Part shown: positions 1-9,256 of the stretch, one piece after another
Layout of the letters: each line of letters begins with the position of its first letter
How positions within the stretch are numbered: position 1 is the first letter of the stretch
Program-made: the position numbers and the translations under genes
Notes under the pieces: generated by a model
What the model was told of the DNA's origin: nothing
Databases searched by the model: none
The model's input: only the letters and a program-made list of their open reading frames with translations
Assembly (NCBI GenBank): GCA_964483545.1
Contig: CAZACC010000001.1
Location: 5,883 to 69,882 of the forward strand
Direction: 5' to 3'
Length of the DNA: 64,000 nucleotides
Source: an uncultured Lachnospiraceae bacterium
GTDB lineage: Bacteria; Bacillota; Clostridia; Lachnospirales; Lachnospiraceae

Positions 1-90
1 TCCGCAGAAGATACAGTATCTGATACTAAAACGGAATAGGTGGCAGGAACTGTATTGATAGAAGCCTGCAATGGAAATCAAGGTGATATA

Positions 91-1470
91 ATGAGTCGTG
101 CAGTATATCAGAACGACTATGAGAAAATGACAAAGATGCCAGTTCAGCAATTGATTCTGAGTCTGAGTGTACCGACAACGATCAGTATGCTAGTTACGAA
201 TATCTATAATGTTGCAGACACATACTTTGTCAGCAGCATCGGAACCAGTGCCACTGGCGCAACGGGAATTGTATTTGCATTAATGGCGATCATACAGGCT
301 TTTGGATTTATGCTGGGGCATGGTGCAGGAAGCAATATCAGCAGAAAATTAGGAGCAAAGCACATTGAGGAGGCAAGGATATATGCCTCCACCAGTTTTT
401 TTCTGTCGATAGTATGCGGACTTCTGATTATGGTTATTGGATTGACGTTTTTGGATCCCCTTATGAGATTGCTAGGAAGCACTGATACCATACTGCCGTA
501 TGCCAGAAGCTATGCAACGTTTATTTTGATTGCAGCACCAGCTATGGCAGCAGGATGTGTGATGAACAATATATTACGCTATGAGGGCAAAGCCTTTTAT
601 GCCATGATTGGTCTGACTTCAGGTGGAATCATCAATATTTTTGGCGATATGCTGCTGATTTTTGGGTGTGGTATGGGAATTGCGGGTGCTGGACTGGCAA
701 CAGCTATTTCTCAATATATCAGCGCAGCGATTTTGATCATCCCTTATCTGACAGGTAAGACACAAAGCAGATTTTCAATCGGGCAGGTTTCGCATGATTC
801 TGTGGTCTTAAAAAATATTTTCTTTGTGGGGTTTCCAAGCATGATGCGACAGGGACTTCAGAGTATTTCTGTGATGGTATTGAACTTGATGGCTGCTGCA
901 TATGGCGATGCAGCAATTGCAGCTATGAGTATTGCATCAAGGGTGATTAATTTCCTGTTTTGTGTTGGACTTGGAATCGGACAAGGATTTCAGCCAGTCT
1001 GTGCTTTTAATTATGGAGCTGGTATCTATACGCGAGTGAAGAAGGGCGTATTTTTTGCACTTGCTTTTGGCACGTGTTTACTTGGAGTGTTCGCAATCAT
1101 AGGGTTTTTTTATAGTGAACGGATTGTGACATGGTTCAGAAATGATCCAGAGGTTATTTCTATCGGAGCCTATGCTTTAAAAGCACAATGCCTGTCCTTG
1201 TTTGTAGTACCGCTTTCCGTTTGTGGGAATATGCTGTTTCAGAGTGTAGGTAAGGGTGGTAAAGCTACATTTCTGGCAAGTTTACGAGGTGGTATTTGTT
1301 TTATTCCGTTGTTGTTGATTTTGACACCGCTTTTCGGAATCAGAGGAATACAATTATCACAGCCAATCGCTGATGTGATGTCGGCATTGATTACGCTTCC
1401 GTTTATCTTATCCTTTATCAGAGCGCTTCCAACTGACCGGCCGATATCTTCGGATGCTGTAAGCGAGTAA
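91..1470 (+). CDS. MATE family efflux transporter
   Basis: ORF 40..1470 starts at GTG. I prefer the ATG at 91, just downstream of AGGTGA. It is a polytopic hydrophobic protein with a MATE-type N-terminus (PVQQLILSLSVPTTISMLVTNIYNVADTYFVS). Confidence 0.85.
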   Translation: MSRAVYQNDYEKMTKMPVQQLILSLSVPTTISMLVTNIYNVADTYFVSSIGTSATGATGIVFALMAIIQAFGFMLGHGAGSNISRKLGAKHIEEARIYASTSFFLSIVCGLLIMVIGLTFLDPLMRLLGSTDTILPYARSYATFILIAAPAMAAGCVMNNILRYEGKAFYAMIGLTSGGIINIFGDMLLIFGCGMGIAGAGLATAISQYISAAILIIPYLTGKTQSRFSIGQVSHDSVVLKNIFFVGFPSMMRQGLQSISVMVLNLMAAAYGDAAIAAMSIASRVINFLFCVGLGIGQGFQPVCAFNYGAGIYTRVKKGVFFALAFGTCLLGVFAIIGFFYSERIVTWFRNDPEVISIGAYALKAQCLSLFVVPLSVCGNMLFQSVGKGGKATFLASLRGGICFIPLLLILTPLFGIRGIQLSQPIADVMSALITLPFILSFIRALPTDRPISSDAVSE

Positions 1471-1522
1471 GGTGTGTTTGAAAATTTGGATGATTGACAG
1501 AAGGGATTGCTGGGGATAATCT

Positions 1523-2167
1523 ATGGGAATATGCTATATTGTAGGTGCCGCAAATACTACACTTATACTGAAACAGTCAATGATAAAAAATGACGATTGT
1601 GTCATCGCAGCAGATGGCGGATATCGATTATTACAGCAGTGGGCAATCAAGTCAGATCAGGTTGTTGGGGATTTTGATTCACTTGGATATGTGCCGTCAG
1701 AGGAACAAGTGTCACAATATCCATCCGAAAAGGATGACACCGATATGATGATTGCTGTTAAAACTGGTCTTAGTCAGGGATACCGACAGTTTGTAATATT
1801 AGGTGGACTGGGTGGTAGACTGGATCATACATTGGCAAATATCCATGCACTAGACTATCTTGTAGAACATGGTGCCAGGGGTTGTCTGATGGGTGATGAG
1901 GAAAATGTTCTATTGATTGATTCTGGTAGTCATATCGTATTTCGTGCAGAGGCCGTTGACAGGTTTTCCATATTTGCGTACGGAGGCAAAGCGGAGGGAG
2001 TAAATCTCACTGGTCTGAAGTATCCGTTAAAGGATGCAGTCTTGACAACTGATTTTCCAATTGGTGTCAGCAATGAATTTACAGGCAGAGAGGCAACGAT
2101 TTCTATCAGAAGAGGAAAACTGCTGGTGATATGGACTGGTTCCATTACATTGTGTGATTGGATTTAG
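1523..2167 (+). CDS. thiN: thiamine diphosphokinase
   Basis: GDFDSLG, EKDDTDMMIAV and GGLGGRLDHTLANI motifs are typical of thiamine pyrophosphokinase, and the length (214 aa) fits. Confidence 0.85.
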   Translation: MGICYIVGAANTTLILKQSMIKNDDCVIAADGGYRLLQQWAIKSDQVVGDFDSLGYVPSEEQVSQYPSEKDDTDMMIAVKTGLSQGYRQFVILGGLGGRLDHTLANIHALDYLVEHGARGCLMGDEENVLLIDSGSHIVFRAEAVDRFSIFAYGGKAEGVNLTGLKYPLKDAVLTTDFPIGVSNEFTGREATISIRRGKLLVIWTGSITLCDWI

Positions 2168-2281
2168 TATTTTGGTAGTGACCACCAACAGCGTTAAATT
2201 TGCCTATCCCTTGTTATTTTTGACACTTAAGTTTGAATATGATATGGTATCAAGTAAAAATAAAGAAGAGGACGTGATTTT

Positions 2282-3196
2282 ATGCCAATTAAGATTCAAG
2301 ATCAGTTACCTGCGTGTGCTACACTGGAGAGCGAGAATATATTTGTCATGACGGAGCGACGCGCCATGCATCAGGATATCAGACCACTGAAGATGCTGAT
2401 TTTGAACCTCATGCCGACTAAAATCGTGACGGAGACACAGCTGCTGCGTAAATTATCAAATACACCACTACAGGTGAATGTGAATCTGCTGCAGACAGCA
2501 AGCTATATTCCACAGCATATTGATTCAAACCATCTGGAGTCTTTTTACACAACTTTCGATCAGATTAAGGATCAAAAATTTGATGGTATGATTATTACTG
2601 GTGCACCACTTGATTATGTGAAGTTCGAGGATGTGAACTACTGGGATGAGCTTTGCACGATCATGGAATGGAGCAAGACCCATGTGCATTCGACCTTCCA
2701 TCTCTGCTGGGGAATGTATGCTGCCTTATACTATTTCTATGGGCTGCAGAGATTTGATATGGATGAGAAGCTTTCAGGCGTTTATGCACATAAGGTGCTT
2801 AAGAAGACGTCTCCACTGTTCCGTGGATTCGATGATGTTTTTTATGCACCGCAGTCCCGTGCTATGGGAATCTCAGAAGAAGAGATAGCAAAGGTCCCCG
2901 AGTTGGAGCTTATGGCAGCCTCGGATGAAGCAGGTGTCACCATTGTGAAGACAACCGATAGTCGACATTTCTTCGTGTCCTGTCATCCAGAATATGATGA
3001 GGATACACTGGCAACCGAATATTTTCGTGATGTAAATAAGGGATTGAATCCTCACGTTCCATACAACTATTTCCCCGATGATGATCCTACCAAGGAACCG
3101 ATTGTTAACTGGCGGTCTGCAGGTCAGCTTTTGTATTCTAATTGGCTGAATTATTATGTTTATCAGACAACACCGTATGATGTTATGGATATATAG
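2282..3196 (+). CDS. metA: homoserine O-acyltransferase (MetA family)
   Basis: The MetA N-terminus is characteristic (MPIKIQDQLPA..ENIFVM..RAMHQDIRPLKMLILNLMPTK), as is the HLCWG active-site context. Length is 304 aa. Confidence 0.9.
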   Translation: MPIKIQDQLPACATLESENIFVMTERRAMHQDIRPLKMLILNLMPTKIVTETQLLRKLSNTPLQVNVNLLQTASYIPQHIDSNHLESFYTTFDQIKDQKFDGMIITGAPLDYVKFEDVNYWDELCTIMEWSKTHVHSTFHLCWGMYAALYYFYGLQRFDMDEKLSGVYAHKVLKKTSPLFRGFDDVFYAPQSRAMGISEEEIAKVPELELMAASDEAGVTIVKTTDSRHFFVSCHPEYDEDTLATEYFRDVNKGLNPHVPYNYFPDDDPTKEPIVNWRSAGQLLYSNWLNYYVYQTTPYDVMDI

Positions 3197-3464
3197 GGTT
3201 TATGCGGATAGACGCTACAGATGAGGATTTGTGAATCTATCGTAAATTAGCGCAGCTTATCATGTTTTGATTAAAAAATGAGACACATCACGTAGTATGA
3301 CATAAAATAGAAGGAATTTCATTAACACTATATGTTTGGCAATATGTGTTGTTATATTGAGTTATTTGTGTTAGTATTTATCGTGTGTATAACACCAATG
3401 ACTGAAAAGTTGCCAAAAATAGATTATAACAGGAAGAATTGAATACAAAACAGAAGGTATTACC

Positions 3465-4491
3465 ATGCTCTTTACCGAACTTTCCTATTTCTTTTTTTAC
3501 CAGTTGTGTTTACTGCATATGGGTTGCTTCCTCATGAATTTCGCTGGGTTTTTCTATTGATTGCCAGCTATTATTTTTATATGAGTTGGAGTATAAAGTA
3601 TGTTTCCATTATACTGTTTATCACTGCCATTTCGTATGGAACTGCTCTTCTAATGTCCCGTTTTTCAAAACAGCATCAAAAAAAGCTCCTTCTGGTCATT
3701 GCTTTAATCATGTGTCTGGGTGTTCTGTTTGTTTTCAAATACATTTACTTCTTCAGTCAGTCTTTAGCGGCTCTGATCAGTCAATTTGTATTGCCTGTTG
3801 CTCTGGTAACACTTAAACTCATTTTGCCTGTTGGCATATCGTTTTATACCTTCCAGATGCTCAGCTATGTAATTGATGTATATCGGGGTGAGATTGAACT
3901 GGAAAAGCATTTCGGAAAATATGCTTTATTTGTATCTTTTTTCCACAGCTGGTGGCAGGCTCCATCGAAAGAAGCAAAAAATCTGCTTCCACAGTTTCGT
4001 CAGGAAAAGTTCTTTCAATATGATGTGGCTTCGTACGGAATGCGTCTGATTTTGTGGGGTGCTTTTAAGAAGATGGTCATTGCAGACAGCCTTGCTTATT
4101 ATGTTGATGCTGTATTCAACAGCCTTGTGACTTTCCAAGGGTGTTCTCTGTTGCTTGCGGTTTTCTTCTTTACAATACAAATCTATTACGATTTTCTGGC
4201 TATTCTGATATTGCCATCAGAAGTGCAAATCTGCTTGGTTTTCAGCTTATGACTAATTTTAAATGTCCCTACTTTTCGACATCAGTCAAGGAGTTCTGGA
4301 TCAGATGGCATATGATCAATGTTTTGATTACTTTTACCGTAAGTGGGTTGTGGCATGTGGCATGGTGCGAATTGGACTTTGCCGTTTGGGGCTTTTACAT
4401 GGTCTTGCAAATGTTTTTAATTCTTTTTCTTAAAGGGTTTTCTAGAAGCTTCAAAGCAGGAAACTTTTTTCTGCCGCAGCCTGTATATTGA
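3465..4491 (+). pseudogene. MBOAT-family O-acyltransferase (AlgI/DltB-like), disrupted
   Basis: MBOAT blocks are spread over three frames: MLFTELSYFFF / LPVVFTAYG.., ILPVGISFYTFQMLSYVIDVYRG, YDF/SGYSDIAI, FWIRWH. Frame changes sit at homopolymers: T-run 3492-3498, about 3941-3944 with A-run 3976-3981, and T-run 4192-4195. The segment between RWH and SGLWH is missing when compared with the intact paralog at 60213. Confidence 0.75.
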
Positions 4492-4751
4492 CTTTCCTAT
4501 TCTGTATGCGGGCAAGGACATTTTTTCGTGAATACATTGCTTTTCAGCAACAGTTAGAATCAAAACTGGATTGTCCTGTTATTTCTGATTTCACAGACTA
4601 TTTTATTGACTATCAGTACTTCTTTGATACTGCATTCCACTTAACTGATGAAGGAACCAGAATCAGAACACAGCTTTTAGCAGATGATCTGAGAAAATAC
4701 ATGGACTCTCACATGAGTGAGCAGCATTTAAGCCTGACACAATCTCATTGA
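4488..4751 (+). pseudogene. 3' remnant of an SGNH/DltD-like MBOAT partner gene
   Basis: Only a C-terminal-like piece is present (YFFDTAFHLTDEGTR, a DxxH-type block as at the C-termini of DltD/SGNH proteins). There is no N-terminal anchor or Ser block, and it abuts the truncated MBOAT. Confidence 0.35.
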
Positions 4752-4767
4752 CCGGGGAGAGAGACGA

Positions 4768-6855
4768 ATGATAGAAAAGTTGTTTTGTAATATAATACGT
4801 TTTCTGATGATGATTGTACTGGGTTATCTGACAATTGTCAGTGTGTGTTCCACCTGCTATATTTCCGAGTATGAACATGTATTTTTTGTAAAGGATCAGG
4901 CGGTATTGAATTGTTTATGGATTATACTTGCGATCACAGCAGCTGTATTGGCTAAGAAGTATGTACATATATCAGATGACATATTACGTAGGATAGAAAT
5001 AGCCTGCTTAATTACGCTGACCTTCATTTTGCTTTATTTTGTGTTTAGCTCTCAACTGAAACCGATTTATGATCAGAATAAAATATTCCAGATAGCCGGC
5101 AGAATGTATGAACATGATTACATTGATTTTGTTCCGAGCGGGTATGCACAGCGATGTGATAATCAGTGGGGAATTCTTCTATTCCTGCTGGGTATATTTA
5201 AGCTGTTTGGTAATCAAAATCTGCTGATTCTGCAGATAATCAATGTGATCTCGATTATTATTGCAATTGTATTCATTCCGAAAATCTGTGACAGGGCAGC
5301 GAATCAAAGAACCGGCAGTCTGATCGGTATCGTGTTATGCTTTTTTATTCCTTTGTGGGGTTATGCTACATTTATATATGGAACGCTGCCGTCCTATGCC
5401 TTAGCCATAACGGCATGTTATTTTCTGATTGTGTATATAGAAGAGCATAAGATCAAGGACGCAGTTCTGATGGGCTTATGCATTGGAGCTGCCATAACCC
5501 TAAAGACGAACTCCGTCATATTTTGGATTGCAATCATGTTATTTCTCTTATTACAGACGATACTGCAGAAGAGACCTCGCATATTGCTTTCCGTGCTGTG
5601 GCTTGTCATTGTGTATTTTGGCAGCGCATTTATTGTGAATCAAAGTATAGCATCTATAACAGAGCTTCCGCATGAGGGGCTTCCCCGTACAGCGCAAATG
5701 GCAATGTCCCTACAGGATAATTCAATGAAGACATCCGGTTGGTATAACGGATATATGGAGAGTGTATATGAAGAGAACGGGTATTTACACAATCAAACAA
5801 ATCAGGCGGCTGTGGAAAATATAAAGGCGTCGTTAGAAGGATTTATTGCGAATCCATCTTATGCAGCAGGCTTTTTTGTGAGAAAGATTGTATCTCAGTG
5901 GAATGAACCGACGTTTGAGAGCTTATTTATTCAGACAAGAAGAGAATCTCTGGTAGAACCTCCCGGTTATCTGGATCTGCTTCTGCATAACAATCAGGGG
6001 AATCCGTTTGTAACCGACATGATGGATGTCATGCAGACCTTGATTTTGTTTGGAGCATTTTTCTTTTTCCTGAATGATAGTAAGAACCGGAATGTAATGA
6101 AATATTTACCCGCAGTCATTATTTTAGGAGGGTTTTTCTTTCACATCATCTGGGAAGCCAATTCACAATACATTATTACTTATTTTATACTGTTGATACC
6201 ATATGCAGTACTCGGTTATCTGAATGGTTCTGATTGTGTCTGCGAAATGATAACGGTTCATAGTGCTAAGAATAGATTTTTTTATGAAATATGTATCTTC
6301 ATTGGACTTGTATTAGTAATTAATGTATTGCCCCAAAATGATTTAACCAGTGTACTGAAGCCTCATTGGAATGATGAGGAGTATGCAGAGTATCGCAGTG
6401 AGTATGAGGAAGCCTTTCGACCCATCTCTTATGGACGATATTTCATTTCTCCTTATGATGCAAATGATGAGATTATGGGTTTGCCAGAAGCGTCAGCAGA
6501 AGAGGGCACGAGTATAGAGTTATATACTCTGGATAGTCAAAGAGACGACAGGGTGCTGATCAGTCCGTGTGAAGGAGGATATCATCTCAGGCGGCAGGAA
6601 TCGCAGCTTGTATTTGATGTGGCGGGCGGAGTTGTTGAGCCGGGAGGTATGCTGCAGCAGTGGAGATATATTGGCGAGGATGGACAGGTGTTTCATTTTG
6701 CAGATGCCGGAGATGATGCATACTTTATTCTGTGCGGGGAACGGTGTGCGGTGACATATGATCAGGGGAGCAGGAAGGTAAAGCTCGAAGAATTTATAGG
6801 TAAAGAGAACCAAATGTGGAGAATCAGAAAGAATAGAGAAAAAACAGATGAATAA
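4768..6855 (+). CDS. polytopic GT-C-like membrane glycosyltransferase with C-terminal ricin-type (beta-trefoil) lectin domain
   Basis: About 480 aa of multi-TM sequence resemble ArnT/PMT_2/YfhO-type proteins. A soluble tail carries QxW repeats (MLQQWRYIG, ENQMWRIRK). A good RBS (GGGGAGAGAG) precedes the start. Confidence 0.5.
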   Translation: MIEKLFCNIIRFLMMIVLGYLTIVSVCSTCYISEYEHVFFVKDQAVLNCLWIILAITAAVLAKKYVHISDDILRRIEIACLITLTFILLYFVFSSQLKPIYDQNKIFQIAGRMYEHDYIDFVPSGYAQRCDNQWGILLFLLGIFKLFGNQNLLILQIINVISIIIAIVFIPKICDRAANQRTGSLIGIVLCFFIPLWGYATFIYGTLPSYALAITACYFLIVYIEEHKIKDAVLMGLCIGAAITLKTNSVIFWIAIMLFLLLQTILQKRPRILLSVLWLVIVYFGSAFIVNQSIASITELPHEGLPRTAQMAMSLQDNSMKTSGWYNGYMESVYEENGYLHNQTNQAAVENIKASLEGFIANPSYAAGFFVRKIVSQWNEPTFESLFIQTRRESLVEPPGYLDLLLHNNQGNPFVTDMMDVMQTLILFGAFFFFLNDSKNRNVMKYLPAVIILGGFFFHIIWEANSQYIITYFILLIPYAVLGYLNGSDCVCEMITVHSAKNRFFYEICIFIGLVLVINVLPQNDLTSVLKPHWNDEEYAEYRSEYEEAFRPISYGRYFISPYDANDEIMGLPEASAEEGTSIELYTLDSQRDDRVLISPCEGGYHLRRQESQLVFDVAGGVVEPGGMLQQWRYIGEDGQVFHFADAGDDAYFILCGERCAVTYDQGSRKVKLEEFIGKENQMWRIRKNREKTDE

Positions 6856-7552
6856 ATTAATGATTGTAATGCCTGCATACAATGAGGAAGAAAATATTGA
6901 GATGGTAGTTAAGGAGTGGTATCCGCTGTTGGAATTAGCTGATGAAGAGTCAAGAATGGTTATTGCAGACAGCGGGAGTAGTGACCGGACTCATGAAATC
7001 TTAGCAGCCTTAATGGAGAGTCATCCACGACTGGAGATCCTGAGTGATACTTTAAAGCAGCATGGTCCGAAATTGATTGCATTGTATCAGTATGCCATTG
7101 ATGGCGGAGCAGACTACATTTTTCAGACGGATTCAGATGGGCAGACCATTCCGGAGGAGTTTGCTGCGTTCTGGGAGCTGAGAGAACAGTATGATGGAGT
7201 ATTTGGATATCGAAGTGTCAGAGGAGACGGACAATCAAGAGCGTTTGTGGAACGGGTTGTATGTTTACTTTTAAGAATGTATTATGGGATAAAGGTTCCT
7301 GATGCAAATGCCCCTTTCCGGCTGATGAAAACAGAGTCTGTGAGAAAATATCTTTCGAGATTCACTGCAGATTATAATTTACCCAACATCATGTTAACTG
7401 CTTATTTCGTATATTATAAGGAAAAGGCAGCTTTCAGATCCATAACATTTCAACCTAGACAGGGAGGCGTTAACTCTATTAACATTCCTAAAATTGTGAA
7501 GATTGGCTGGAAGGCTTTAAAAGACTTTTCTGATTTCAGGAAGGGAATGTAA
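6848..7552 (+). CDS. family 2 glycosyltransferase (polyprenyl-phosphate sugar synthase-like)
   Basis: GT-A signatures are present: MIVMPAYNEEENIEMVV and QTDSDGQ. It overlaps the stop of the upstream GT-C-like gene by 8 nt. Confidence 0.8.
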   Translation: MNKLMIVMPAYNEEENIEMVVKEWYPLLELADEESRMVIADSGSSDRTHEILAALMESHPRLEILSDTLKQHGPKLIALYQYAIDGGADYIFQTDSDGQTIPEEFAAFWELREQYDGVFGYRSVRGDGQSRAFVERVVCLLLRMYYGIKVPDANAPFRLMKTESVRKYLSRFTADYNLPNIMLTAYFVYYKEKAAFRSITFQPRQGGVNSINIPKIVKIGWKALKDFSDFRKGM

Positions 7553-7635
7553 TGGGTGATAAAACATATCAGACTGGGTGGCTTTTGCTTTGCTTTAGAA
7601 TCTAAATATTGAAAGAATTACTTATATTAAAATAA

Positions 7636-7667
7636 TATCATAATAGTATCATAAGATGTATCATAAG
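7636..7667. repeat. three phased TATCATAA(G) direct repeats upstream of the UPF0371 gene
   Basis: Copies start at 7636, 7647 and 7659, a spacing of 11 and 12 nt. They lie about 95-125 nt upstream of the ATG at 7760. Confidence 0.4.
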
Positions 7668-7759
7668 ACAAAGTAACCATGGAACATTCAAAATATATAT
7701 GTTAAAATCAAATAATGGTTTTAACGACATTGAAATGATACATTGGAGGGGAATGCACA

Positions 7760-9235
7760 ATGAAATTGGGTTTTGATAACGAGAAATATGTAAAGATGCA
7801 GTCTGAGCATATCAAGGAGCGAATCAGCAAGTTTGGAGATAAGCTGTATCTGGAGTTTGGAGGTAAGTTGTTCGATGATTATCACGCATCACGTGTGCTG
7901 CCAGGTTTTCAGCCAGATTCCAAGATGAAGATGCTGCTGCAGCTGGCAGATGATGCAGAAATCGTTATTGTAATCAGTGCGACGGATATTGAAAAGAATA
8001 AAGTGCGAGGTGATCTGGGGATTACTTATGATGTAGATGTCCTTCGTCTGATGGATGAATTTGCAGAACGTGGGTTATATGTTGGCAGTGTTGTAATCAC
8101 ACACTATGCAGGACAAGCAGCAGCAGATCAGTTCAAAAAGAAACTGAGAAAAATGAAGAAGAAGGTATATCTGCACTATGCAATCGAGGGATATCCTTCT
8201 AATATACCTCTGATTGTCAGCGATGAGGGATACGGAAAAAATGAGTATATCGAAACGACCAGACCATTGGTAGTCGTAACGGCTCCAGGACCAGGCAGCG
8301 GAAAGATGGCGACATGTCTGTCACAATTATACCATGATAATAAACGCGGTATCAAAGCTGGTTATGCAAAGTATGAGACATTTCCGATTTGGAACATCCC
8401 ACTGAAGCATCCGATCAATCTGGCATATGAAGCAGCAACAGCAGATTTAAATGATGTCAATATGATTGACCCGTTTCATCTGGAGGCTTATGAAGAAACA
8501 ACTGTTAATTATAACAGAGATATAGAAATATTTCCGGTACTGAACGCAATATTTGATGGTATCTATGGGGAGAACCCATACAAATCACCAACTGACATGG
8601 GTGTCAATATGGCAGGCAACTGTATCATAGATGACGAGATCTGCTGTCAGGCATCTAAGATGGAAATCATCAGGCGATACTATGCGACTTTGGAGAAGCT
8701 GGTCAATGAAGATGCCGATGAAAATGAGATTTACAAGATTGAGCTTTTGATGAATCAGGCAAAAATCACAACAGATGACCGTAGGGTGACTGTTGCGGCA
8801 AAGGAAAGAGCAGCAAAGCTGGGCGTTCCGACAGCTGCGATAGAACTTCAGGATGGTCACATCATAACATCCAAGACGACTGATTTACTGGGAGCTTCTG
8901 CAGCGTTACTTTTAAATGCATTAAAATATCTGGGCAATGTCGAGCATGATACCCACCTAATACCGGCATCAGCCATAGAACCGATCCAGGAACTTAAAGT
9001 AAAGTATCTGGGAGGAAAAAATCCACGTCTGCATACAGATGAGGTATTGGTGGCACTGAGTATGTCTGGTCTGACAGACCAAAAGGCAAAGACGGCTCTG
9101 GAGCAGCTGCCGAAACTGCGAGGATGTCAGGTACACACCTCTGTTATGCTATCTGAGGTAGATATCAAGACATTTAAGAGACTCGGTGTAGATCTGACTA
9201 GTGAGCCAATTAAAAAACAAAAAAAACAATACTAA
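7760..9235 (+). CDS. UPF0371 (DUF1846) family protein
   Basis: Strong family signature: KLYLEFGGKLFDDYHASRVLPGF, VVTAPGPGSGKMATCLSQLYHD, GYAKYETFPIWNIPLKHPINLAYEAATADLNDVNMIDPFH. Confidence 0.85.
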   Translation: MKLGFDNEKYVKMQSEHIKERISKFGDKLYLEFGGKLFDDYHASRVLPGFQPDSKMKMLLQLADDAEIVIVISATDIEKNKVRGDLGITYDVDVLRLMDEFAERGLYVGSVVITHYAGQAAADQFKKKLRKMKKKVYLHYAIEGYPSNIPLIVSDEGYGKNEYIETTRPLVVVTAPGPGSGKMATCLSQLYHDNKRGIKAGYAKYETFPIWNIPLKHPINLAYEAATADLNDVNMIDPFHLEAYEETTVNYNRDIEIFPVLNAIFDGIYGENPYKSPTDMGVNMAGNCIIDDEICCQASKMEIIRRYYATLEKLVNEDADENEIYKIELLMNQAKITTDDRRVTVAAKERAAKLGVPTAAIELQDGHIITSKTTDLLGASAALLLNALKYLGNVEHDTHLIPASAIEPIQELKVKYLGGKNPRLHTDEVLVALSMSGLTDQKAKTALEQLPKLRGCQVHTSVMLSEVDIKTFKRLGVDLTSEPIKKQKKQY

Positions 9236-9256
9236 AAAATCAAAAGGTCGGAGCAT

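Noticed and set aside
2168-2281. SAM (S-box) riboswitch or T-box upstream of metA, and the 65-aa ORF 2154..2351.
   Set aside because: Only 114 nt separate thiN and metA, which is too short for either element, and no S-box helices are seen. The small ORF overlaps the metA start in another frame and has no RBS.
3492-3498. Homopolymer frameshifts in the MBOAT gene as programmed phase variation.
   Set aside because: Four separate frame changes plus internal and C-terminal deletions mean no single tract-length change can restore a functional protein, so this is a pseudogene rather than a switch.
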